IMG/VR virus record: IMGVR_UViG_3300020578_000006
Coordinates: 124,001 to 188,000 of that record
Direction: 5' to 3' (one strand)
DNA length: 64,000 bases
Shown: piece by piece, positions 55,664-63,553 of the stretch
Position numbering within the stretch: position 1 is the stretch's first letter
Layout of the letters: each line of letters starts with the position of its first letter
The notes under the pieces: model-generated
Told to the model about the DNA's origin: nothing
The model's input: the letters and a program-made list of their open reading frames with translations, nothing else
Database searches by the model: none
Program-made: the position numbers and the translations under genes

Positions 55664-56359
55664 ATGCGTATAGCTTTTAGCGGAGCCGCTTGTACAGGTA
55701 AAACAACAACAATTAGCGCCTTTTTAGCCAAATGGCCAAATTACAAGTCTCCAGAAACTTCATACAGAACATTAATATCAAATAATAAGCATAGTAAGAG
55801 AACAGATAAAAAGATTCAACGTAGTATTTTGCAGTTTATGGTAGATCAACAAAAAGGATATACCTTACATGATAATATTGTTTATGATAGGTGTGGGCTT
55901 GATAACGTAGTATATTCGCTATGGTGCCATGATAAGGGTATAAAAGGGTTTAACAAGCAATATATAGATGAATCAATAGAACTTGTAAAAGAGAGTATGA
56001 GAACCTTGGATATTATATTTCTATCAACCAGAGATTTAATGGGACCTATAGTCAATAATAATATAAGAGAAGTTGACCCAGAGTTTGTTATGGAAACTGA
56101 TAATATTTTTAGGGCTATTTACAGTCAGCTTCTATCAACAGGTGCTTCACCCTTCTTTCCTCCTCACGATAGCCCGGGGCTAATTGAACTTAAAGGGACA
56201 ACAGAAGAAAGAATAGATCTTATTAGTATGTATATTACCCCAGAAGGTAGTATGTATGGTGAAGAACAAAGCCTAGTAAATATGGATGAAATCGCCAAAA
56301 TGGAAAGCCTTCTAAGAGAACAAAAAGGGTTAGCTGCTAAAGAAAAAGGTATTTTGTAA
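55664..56359 (+). CDS. P-loop nucleotide kinase (dNMP/thymidylate kinase or NadR-type AAA_28)
   Basis: IAFSGAACTGKTT, IVYDRCGLD. Confidence 0.75.
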   Translation: MRIAFSGAACTGKTTTISAFLAKWPNYKSPETSYRTLISNNKHSKRTDKKIQRSILQFMVDQQKGYTLHDNIVYDRCGLDNVVYSLWCHDKGIKGFNKQYIDESIELVKESMRTLDIIFLSTRDLMGPIVNNNIREVDPEFVMETDNIFRAIYSQLLSTGASPFFPPHDSPGLIELKGTTEERIDLISMYITPEGSMYGEEQSLVNMDEIAKMESLLREQKGLAAKEKGIL

Positions 56360-56365
56360 TAAATA
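56358..56365 (+). promoter_or_regulatory. Late promoter AATAAATA
   Basis: 5 nt before ATG 56371. Confidence 0.62.
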
Positions 56366-56370
56366 TCTTA

Positions 56371-56601
56371 ATGTTATTTGATAAAAATTACAATTTTATA
56401 ATGGAAAGTTTTAAGTCAATTAAAACCATTCATAGACTGTTTTATCCAAGAAACTTTAATCTATCTGAAGAATTTATAAATTCTTTTCGAAAAGAATATG
56501 CAAGGTTAAAGTCAATGAATATTGATGATAGAAGAATTTTACAGAAAATGATTAAGGCGCTACCCTTTCATAAGGATAACGTAAATATTAATACTCTATA
56601 A
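56371..56601 (+). CDS. Small hypothetical late protein (MLFDKNYNFIME)
   Basis: 76-aa ORF with late promoter. Confidence 0.55.
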   Translation: MLFDKNYNFIMESFKSIKTIHRLFYPRNFNLSEEFINSFRKEYARLKSMNIDDRRILQKMIKALPFHKDNVNINTL

Positions 56602-57415
56602 TAACAACCCCGGCTGCTCCACTACCACCAGCACCGCTTGCAGAACCTCCACCACCGCCGGCTCCCGTATTATCTGAACCGTTTTGACCGCTCACGTTAC
56701 TACCATTACCACCGCGACCGGCTCCTGAGCCCATAAACCCTGGTCCGCCTCGTCCGCCTGCAGCAAACGCCGCAGTACTCCCCGCAATACCATTTTCACC
56801 AGAAGAGCCTGCTAAAGGTATATCACCACCAGACCCTGCTAATCCCCCTGCCCCACCGGCGACCGCACCTCCAGCAGACCCAACAGTGCCACCAGAACCT
56901 CCCGGTGCTATAACCTGTGTTTCTCCTGTAACCGTAAAGGTGGACTGACCGCCTGCTGCAGCTGCAGCACCACCGGCGCCAACCACATAAGAATATGTTT
57001 TACCTCTTACATTTGTAAAATATTTTATGTTTGTACTGCCCCCGCCACCACCACCTCCAGCTCCTGAGCTGCTGGAGCCGCCTCCACCTCCCCCGCCACC
57101 TACTATAGTCACCTTAATATTGTTAACACCGGCGGGAAATGTTACACCGGATGCTGACCCCCCACCAGTAGGTGCGTATCTAATAACAGTGGTAAACCCT
57201 GGTTGGCGAGACTCTACCGTAGCACTCAAGGTATTAACCCGACTACTAATAGTGGCTACAGATGTATAAAAACTAGTATTGTTTGGCCCTATTACAAAAT
57301 CTTTAAAATCTATAATGTTTGTGCCTGTACTATTTTCAACAATAAGATAATTGCCGTTGACAATTTCCTCTATTTGGTTTAACTCTTTAATATTAACCTT
57401 GTTAAACGTCGACAT
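56588..57415 (-). CDS. Glycine-rich tail fibre/baseplate appendage protein
   Basis: VTIVGGGGGGG...YSYVVGAGG...GGSGAAGVVIIEY glycine-rich domain; late promoter. Confidence 0.75.
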   Translation of the reverse strand: MSTFNKVNIKELNQIEEIVNGNYLIVENSTGTNIIDFKDFVIGPNNTSFYTSVATISSRVNTLSATVESRQPGFTTVIRYAPTGGGSASGVTFPAGVNNIKVTIVGGGGGGGGSSSSGAGGGGGGGSTNIKYFTNVRGKTYSYVVGAGGAAAAAGGQSTFTVTGETQVIAPGGSGGTVGSAGGAVAGGAGGLAGSGGDIPLAGSSGENGIAGSTAAFAAGGRGGPGFMGSGAGRGGNGSNVSGQNGSDNTGAGGGGGSASGAGGSGAAGVVIIEY

Positions 57416-57421
57416 ATCAGT

Positions 57422-57429
57422 TATTTATT
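57422..57429 (-). promoter_or_regulatory. Late promoter AATAAATA
   Basis: 6 nt before ATG 57415. Confidence 0.62.
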
Positions 57430-57475
57430 ACTTTAGATATAGTTGCAATACAATTATTTTTAATATAATAAACGT

Positions 57476-58285
57476 ATGACGGGTGTAGGAATTGTAACAT
57501 GTAATCGACCGAAATTTTTTCTTAAATGCTTTAGAACTATTCCCAAAGATGTTGAGCTTGTTGTAGTTAATGACGGTTCGAAATTTGAAGATTGGGAGAG
57601 ACTATTAAACGAAAGACCTTTTAAATTTATACAAAACGAACAAAATCTAGGCGTAGGCAAATCAAAAAATAAGCTGCTTAAAGCGTTGCTTGAAAAGGGT
57701 TGCACAGATCTTTTTTTAATTGAGGATGATATTATAGTTAAAGATCCAGAGGTATTCAATGAATATATTAGAGCCAAAGACATAACAGGTATACAGCACT
57801 TTAATTTTGGATATCATGGCCCGGCTAATAAGGGAAATATATCCGGTGGTGCACCAACACCTCGATATATTATAGATTACGGTGATATAAAGATAGCATT
57901 TAATGCACACAGTGTTGGTGCTTTTTGTTATTATTCGAAAGCATGTTTAGATAAAGCAGGCTTAATAGATGAAGACTATACAAATGCTTTTGAACATGTT
58001 GATCATGATTATAGAATTTTTAAAGTTGGTATGGGGGCACCCTACTGGCATTTTCCGGATATAGCAAATAGTATGGATTATTTAGATGAAATAGAATGTT
58101 CAGAAAAAAGTAGTGCAATAAGACCGAGAACAGATTGGCGGTCAAATATAGAGCACGGGGTAAAGCTTTTCAAAGAGAAGCATGGTTATTTACCCGCTTG
58201 GCAAGGTGCAGTTCCAGATATGGATGAAAAGAAAGTTAGAAGAATTTTAAAAGACCTGCAACGCTTTTACGCAAAGAGAGATTAA
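57476..58285 (+). CDS. GT2 glycosyltransferase
   Basis: IVTCNRP, VVNDGS, NLGVGKSKN, LIEDDI, FEHVD. Confidence 0.88.
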   Translation: MTGVGIVTCNRPKFFLKCFRTIPKDVELVVVNDGSKFEDWERLLNERPFKFIQNEQNLGVGKSKNKLLKALLEKGCTDLFLIEDDIIVKDPEVFNEYIRAKDITGIQHFNFGYHGPANKGNISGGAPTPRYIIDYGDIKIAFNAHSVGAFCYYSKACLDKAGLIDEDYTNAFEHVDHDYRIFKVGMGAPYWHFPDIANSMDYLDEIECSEKSSAIRPRTDWRSNIEHGVKLFKEKHGYLPAWQGAVPDMDEKKVRRILKDLQRFYAKRD

Positions 58286-59170
58286 ATGCCAGCTAATAAA
58301 AAGATTGCTTTCGGGGTAAATTTGTTCGGTAAATCAGTTCGAACTGATTTATGTATAGAATCACTTCTTGTAGTAAAAAGCAAATATCCAGATATTATAG
58401 ACTTATACAATATTCAATTTGAAGACAAAGCTATCAAAGGTAGAGAGCATCCGGGTATAAAAACCCTATTTGTATTAAAAGAATCTAATAAAGACTATGT
58501 AAAAGAATCAACACGGACTATACCTATGTTGAGAGAAGTTTTTGATAAATTAGCTGATTTAAATTATGAATATTTTGCATTTACTAATGATGATATTATA
58601 ATTTCGGACAGACTAATAAAAGTTTTCTTAGAGACAGACTACGATTCATGGCCAGCGAGTAGGCTGGCCATTGAGCCTATTTTTACTTTATCTGAACCAA
58701 TTTCAGGCGATCATTATCAGGTTGCAGGTTTTGATACATTTATTTTTAAGACTTCTTGGTGGAAAAAGAAACGATTAGAGTTTCCGAATTATATCCTAGG
58801 CCATCCTTGTTGGGATGTACATTACGCTACATTATGCTTAAGGCATGGAAAATCTAAATTCTGTAACGACTGGCCACCACCCACCTTTCATATAAAACAC
58901 GGCGGGGGAGATCAATACTCCACACTGGAAGTAGATTATAATAATAGTTTATACTGGGTACCCTGTAGATTTGATGTTGATATGTGGCATCACTACCTCT
59001 TTAATGTCTTACTAGTGAGACCAGGTATAAATTATTGGACGCCGCATAAAAATGAAGCTGAATTAGAGAAGGTCTGTTTCAATGATACTTGGTTTAAAAC
59101 GAATTATTGGTCTTATTCGGGTGCGCAAGCAGCTGCACAAGCACAACTTTTAAAAAGTTTCTACCAATAA
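58286..59170 (+). CDS. Putative GT-A glycosyltransferase
   Basis: YEYFAFTNDDIII (DD motif), GHPCWD; cluster context. Confidence 0.55.
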   Translation: MPANKKIAFGVNLFGKSVRTDLCIESLLVVKSKYPDIIDLYNIQFEDKAIKGREHPGIKTLFVLKESNKDYVKESTRTIPMLREVFDKLADLNYEYFAFTNDDIIISDRLIKVFLETDYDSWPASRLAIEPIFTLSEPISGDHYQVAGFDTFIFKTSWWKKKRLEFPNYILGHPCWDVHYATLCLRHGKSKFCNDWPPPTFHIKHGGGDQYSTLEVDYNNSLYWVPCRFDVDMWHHYLFNVLLVRPGINYWTPHKNEAELEKVCFNDTWFKTNYWSYSGAQAAAQAQLLKSFYQ

Positions 59171-60027
59171 GTTCCACCCTCAATCTTCATATAACCCTCC
59201 GGCGTCTCTTCAGCAGAAGGCCTTACCCAGGCATTATTATAAAAATGATTAAAAATTCTCATTTGTTCCCATCTTTTACCTTTTATACCAAATAACATTT
59301 GAAGTGCCCCGCCTAAATGTACTGCTTGTTTATTCATATTTTTGGCAAAAGCTGCTAGCGGTAATGATGATGCGCCTGTACCTATCAATGCTACATCGTA
59401 ATCAGCTTGAAACATTTGATATTTGATATCATCGATCATTTCTTTCCATGTTAGATATTTGTTCTTATCACCAGTAATAGCCTTACTTGTCGGGTGAAAA
59501 ATTGTTTTTAAATCAAATTGCGGGAGTACTTCCGGATTTCGCCAGATACTCAATCTATTTGAATATTGTTTTTTTATCGTTTCGGTAAAAGGGCTTATAA
59601 CCAAAACTCGCTTATCCTTTAGAAGACTAGTCCAAGGCAATCCATGATAAAAAGATTCTAATGATTGAAGATCAACCAATACACTGGAAGGATTTCTGCT
59701 TTTTATAAATCTTAGTTCAAAATCCCCTAATCCATTATTCCAAGGTGAAATAATATCTGTAGCTGTTACCGCGTCGGATAGTTGTTCACAAAAATATATT
59801 CTAGCCTCTTCTGTCTGAGGAAAGACCCCAGCATTAACAAAAATTTCATTTACAACTGTCGGGTTCCAGGAAATTGGGCTTTGATTGTGATGTTTGGCAA
59901 AAAAATAATTGTACGCACACATTAATTCGGCATTACCTATCTTACCTATACACAACGGTTTACCAGTTTTTAAAGCCTCATATATTTCCACACCGCCTTC
60001 CAAAAAGTTTAACACTTTAAAATCCAT
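59161..60027 (-). CDS. Polysaccharide-locus-type protein (GT-D-like)
   Basis: KIGNAE, LKDKRVLVISPF, DVALIG...PLA...KQAVHLGG. Confidence 0.55.
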   Translation of the reverse strand: MDFKVLNFLEGGVEIYEALKTGKPLCIGKIGNAELMCAYNYFFAKHHNQSPISWNPTVVNEIFVNAGVFPQTEEARIYFCEQLSDAVTATDIISPWNNGLGDFELRFIKSRNPSSVLVDLQSLESFYHGLPWTSLLKDKRVLVISPFTETIKKQYSNRLSIWRNPEVLPQFDLKTIFHPTSKAITGDKNKYLTWKEMIDDIKYQMFQADYDVALIGTGASSLPLAAFAKNMNKQAVHLGGALQMLFGIKGKRWEQMRIFNHFYNNAWVRPSAEETPEGYMKIEGGTYW

Positions 60028-60032
60028 ACTTT

Positions 60033-60060
60033 ATTTTAATGTATATATCATTGAAATCCA
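60033..60060 (-). promoter_or_regulatory. Sigma70-type promoter TGGATT-N16-TAAAAT
   Basis: 5 nt before ATG 60027. Confidence 0.5.
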
Positions 60061-60078
60061 TTGATTATGATATAAAAT
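60051..60078 (+). promoter_or_regulatory. Sigma70-type promoter TTGAAA-N16-TAAAAT
   Basis: 6 nt before GTG 60085. Confidence 0.7.
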
Positions 60079-60084
60079 TAATAA

Positions 60085-60816
60085 GTGAAGACTGTACTGG
60101 TAAGCTTTGCAAACGAGCGTTTTTTTCGCAGTCAAGGCATGTTAGTTGAATCTGGTAAAAAGTATTTTTCCGGACATGCCTCTTATACAATAGACTTGCT
60201 CAATAATGAATTTAAGGACAAAAATAAGCATATCTTACAGCAACCTAGAGGGTGTGGTTATTGGCTATGGAAACCATATATTATACTCAATACATTAAAC
60301 CTTCTCAAAGACGGTGATTTGGTGTTTTATGTAGATAGTGGTAATTTAATAATAAATGATCCAAAGCCTGTAATAGATCTTTGTTTAAAAGAAGAAACCG
60401 GTATTTTATTATTTGAGAATAGAGATGGTGCACCCCCAGGGACAATATGGAAAAATTACATGTGGACAAAATATGATTGTTTTGAACGTATGGGCTGTAC
60501 AGGTGAAAAATATACAGAGGGCAATCAAATAGATGGTTCATACATCATAGTGCAGAAGAATAAGTTTTCTGTTAAGTTTTTTAACGAATATTTAAAATGG
60601 TGTGAAACTGATGAAATTATTACCGATTTGCCAAGCAAAAAGCCAAACCACAAAGATTACAAAGACCACAGGCACGATCAATCCATTCTTTCGCTTTTGG
60701 CTATTAAGTATAATATTACTTTAGCAAGAGAACCATCTGAGTGGGGTAATTCTTATATAACTGAAAAATATGATTACCCTCAATTATTTCAACATCATAG
60801 AGGTTTAATATGTTAG
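60085..60816 (+). CDS. Putative glycosyltransferase
   Basis: GYWLWKPYII, FYVDSG, HRHDQSILSLL. Confidence 0.6.
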   Translation: MKTVLVSFANERFFRSQGMLVESGKKYFSGHASYTIDLLNNEFKDKNKHILQQPRGCGYWLWKPYIILNTLNLLKDGDLVFYVDSGNLIINDPKPVIDLCLKEETGILLFENRDGAPPGTIWKNYMWTKYDCFERMGCTGEKYTEGNQIDGSYIIVQKNKFSVKFFNEYLKWCETDEIITDLPSKKPNHKDYKDHRHDQSILSLLAIKYNITLAREPSEWGNSYITEKYDYPQLFQHHRGLIC

Positions 60817-61499
60817 AAGAAAAATTTTATGTAAGGTCACATATGGGTCTAGGTGACATGATATTATGTAACGCTATCGTACGTAATATATGTAAAAAAT
60901 ATAAAAACGTTGTCACTTTCGTAAAGCCTGAATATGAAAAAAGTATTAAGTTTATGTATAGGGACATACCTAACCTAGAATTGATTGTGATTAATGAGTG
61001 TGATATTGATAAACTTTTAGATACAGTAGATGTAAAAAATAAAATATGGCTTGGTTTTGGTAATATAGAGCATCTATTAGAAAAATATAGGTTTGATGAA
61101 TGTTTTTATAGGCAGGTTGGCTTAAAATACGAGCGCAGATGGACAGATTTTTATGTAGAGAGAGATAAAATATCAGAAGAAAATCTTTTTAGTAAAAGCG
61201 GCCTAGTGAAAGGAGAATATATTTTTATTCATGATGACAAGGAGAGGGGGCTCTTGATACCTGACAAGATGCTACCTCAAGGGATTACACATTACAGGCC
61301 AGATAGAGCGGTTGAAAATATATTTGATTACTGTACTATAATTGAAAATGCCAAGCAAATCCATGTTATGGATAGTTGTTTTAAGCATATTGCAGATTCT
61401 CTTGACTTAACTAATGAGTTGTACTATCATGTTTATTTACGAAGTAATCGTAATCACAACGTTACCAATAGTAGATTGAGCTGGAATTATATTATATGA
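60810..61499 (+). CDS. Putative GT-B (GT9-like) glycosyltransferase
   Basis: HMGLGDMIL...IFDYCTIIENAKQIHVMDS. Confidence 0.55.
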   Translation: MLEEKFYVRSHMGLGDMILCNAIVRNICKKYKNVVTFVKPEYEKSIKFMYRDIPNLELIVINECDIDKLLDTVDVKNKIWLGFGNIEHLLEKYRFDECFYRQVGLKYERRWTDFYVERDKISEENLFSKSGLVKGEYIFIHDDKERGLLIPDKMLPQGITHYRPDRAVENIFDYCTIIENAKQIHVMDSCFKHIADSLDLTNELYYHVYLRSNRNHNVTNSRLSWNYII

Positions 61500-62323
61500 A
61501 AATTACAGCTGGTATGATTGTTTTTAATGCAGAAAAATTTGCTCCAGTTGGTATGCTTCAGGCTCAGTTGGAACAGTTATATTTTCTTGCAGATCAAATA
61601 GTTATCGTAGAAGGTGCAACAAAATCAGATAATAAAACCCATTATTTTGATGGTGATGCAACCTGGTGTACTGAGGATGGTAAGTCTAATGATAGTACTG
61701 TTAGTATTATCAAGAATTTTCCAGATCCTCAAAATAAGATTATTTTAGTAGAAGCAAAAGGATTCTGGAATGGTAAAACACAAATGTGTAATGAGTGGAG
61801 CAAAGTAGCCAATGGTGATTACATCTGGCAAATCGATGTAGATGAATTTTATCACAAAAAAGATATATTGAAAATAAAAAATATATTGCAAAAGTATGAG
61901 CCTAATGCAGTACATTTTTTTGCAAATCATTTTTGGGGAGATTATTTTAATTGTATAGATGAATCCTGCCCCTACACATGGGGAAACAATTTACCTTGGA
62001 GACGTATTTTTAGACACAAACCAGGAAGCAAGTGGCAGAGCCACGAACCACCTGTATATTTGTTACCAGATGGAACAGATTGCAATACCTTGCAATTGAT
62101 ACCAAGAGAGGAAACACTAAAGGTTGGATTGAAAATGTTTCACTATTCTTATGTAACACCAGAGCAAATTAGTTTTAAAGCCCGTTTCTATAAGCAATCT
62201 TGGACGGAGCAAACATATAAAGATTGGTTAGTAGATAAAGCTACACCTGTTAATGGTTCTTCTACAAAACCTTTTACAGGTCAGCACCCTGAGTGGCTTA
62301 CCAAAATTATACCTATAAAATAA
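61496..62323 (+). CDS. GT2-like glycosyltransferase
   Basis: MIVFN, IVIVEG..S.DST, DYIWQIDVDEF (DxD). Confidence 0.75.
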   Translation: MKITAGMIVFNAEKFAPVGMLQAQLEQLYFLADQIVIVEGATKSDNKTHYFDGDATWCTEDGKSNDSTVSIIKNFPDPQNKIILVEAKGFWNGKTQMCNEWSKVANGDYIWQIDVDEFYHKKDILKIKNILQKYEPNAVHFFANHFWGDYFNCIDESCPYTWGNNLPWRRIFRHKPGSKWQSHEPPVYLLPDGTDCNTLQLIPREETLKVGLKMFHYSYVTPEQISFKARFYKQSWTEQTYKDWLVDKATPVNGSSTKPFTGQHPEWLTKIIPIK

Positions 62324-62326
62324 TTT

Positions 62327-62935
62327 ATGACCGATTTAACAACTTTTGTAATGCATCATTCTCCTTTAGGTTATAGAAAAGAAGCTCTTCTAAATGATCT
62401 AAAAGCTGTTTCTTTTCCATACAAAACTGTATGGGTAGAAAGCTTTCCACCATCTCTTTTTCAAGGTACTAATAAAATTACGGCTGGGGAAATGTCTCTT
62501 TCGTTTAAACATTATCATTCATTTTGTACCCAATTAGAAAATAATATAGATGTCGCGCTTTATATTGAAGATGATGTTGCGTTACTAAGTGTGCCTAACG
62601 CTATAGAATTTATAGAGACATGTATTAAGGAAATGAAAGAAACTGATGGAGATATTTGTTGGGTAGGTGGTGTGCATTACCTAGGCATTAGAGAGCCTGA
62701 GATAAGCGGTAAACACCTATATTATAGAGAGGATTATACTACAAGATGTACTCATGCGTTTCTAGTAAATAAAAAATGTATCCCAACTATACTTTCAAAT
62801 TATCATTTTCAAAACCAGGTTGATATAATGTTAAATACAATAATATCTACACAAAAACTAAAAAATAGTTGGACTAGTCCGTTTTTTGATCAAAAAAGTC
62901 ATTATGATTCGAATTGGAAATGCTCAGTTAAATGA
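62327..62935 (+). CDS. GT25-like glycosyltransferase
   Basis: GEMSLSFKH, ALYIEDDV, RCTHAFLV, QVD. Confidence 0.72.
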   Translation: MTDLTTFVMHHSPLGYRKEALLNDLKAVSFPYKTVWVESFPPSLFQGTNKITAGEMSLSFKHYHSFCTQLENNIDVALYIEDDVALLSVPNAIEFIETCIKEMKETDGDICWVGGVHYLGIREPEISGKHLYYREDYTTRCTHAFLVNKKCIPTILSNYHFQNQVDIMLNTIISTQKLKNSWTSPFFDQKSHYDSNWKCSVK

Positions 62936-63549
62936 CCCCATCCTTTCGAGCTGTCTCTTATACATACGGTAATATTCCTTCAGAAGTTGTTGAATATCAA
63001 AAAAAAGTTTTTGATTTTCTAAATTTGCCTATCGATCAATATATAGGTGGGTACGATCATGGTCAGTTTTTAGAAAAAATCTTAACAGAGGCGAAAACAG
63101 ATTATACTATATTTTTTGACATAGACTGTATTCCATTAGTACCTAATTTTGATTCTATTATACAAGAGGAATTATTAAAAGAAGAATGTTTAATTGGTAT
63201 TGAGCAGACGGGCCATCCGAGATATCATATATATGCCGGGCCAGGGTGTATGGGATTATCTTCTAATTTGTATAAAAAATTAGAATCCCCTCAGTTAAAT
63301 CAAAACTTTAGAAGTGATGTTGCTGAAGAGTTGACTTGGCGATGTGAAGAGAGGGCAATTAAAGTAAAGTTTTTTAAGGTGTCAAGTATTGAGCAACCTA
63401 AATGGCGATTAGGTTATGATAGAGAGTTTGGAATAGGGACTACTTACAAATATAGTAATATAGACGTATTATATCATCAGTTTGAAATTAGATACAATTA
63501 CGGCAATTTTATAGAAAAATGTAAGTCAATACTAGGGACAAGTACTTAA
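62932..63549 (+). CDS. Putative GT-A glycosyltransferase
   Basis: TIFFDIDCIPL (DxD), DVAEE; cluster context. Confidence 0.5.
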   Translation: MTPSFRAVSYTYGNIPSEVVEYQKKVFDFLNLPIDQYIGGYDHGQFLEKILTEAKTDYTIFFDIDCIPLVPNFDSIIQEELLKEECLIGIEQTGHPRYHIYAGPGCMGLSSNLYKKLESPQLNQNFRSDVAEELTWRCEERAIKVKFFKVSSIEQPKWRLGYDREFGIGTTYKYSNIDVLYHQFEIRYNYGNFIEKCKSILGTST

Positions 63550-63553
63550 TATT

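Noticed and set aside
57027-57783. Poly-Pro ORF 57027..57269 and ORF 57460..57783
   Set aside because: Reverse-strand shadows of the glycine-rich gene and the GT2 gene.
14541-60541. Remaining short track ORFs (60-130 aa) overlapping assigned genes on the opposite strand or in another frame
   Set aside because: Each lies within a confidently assigned CDS and lacks promoter, coupling or motif support.
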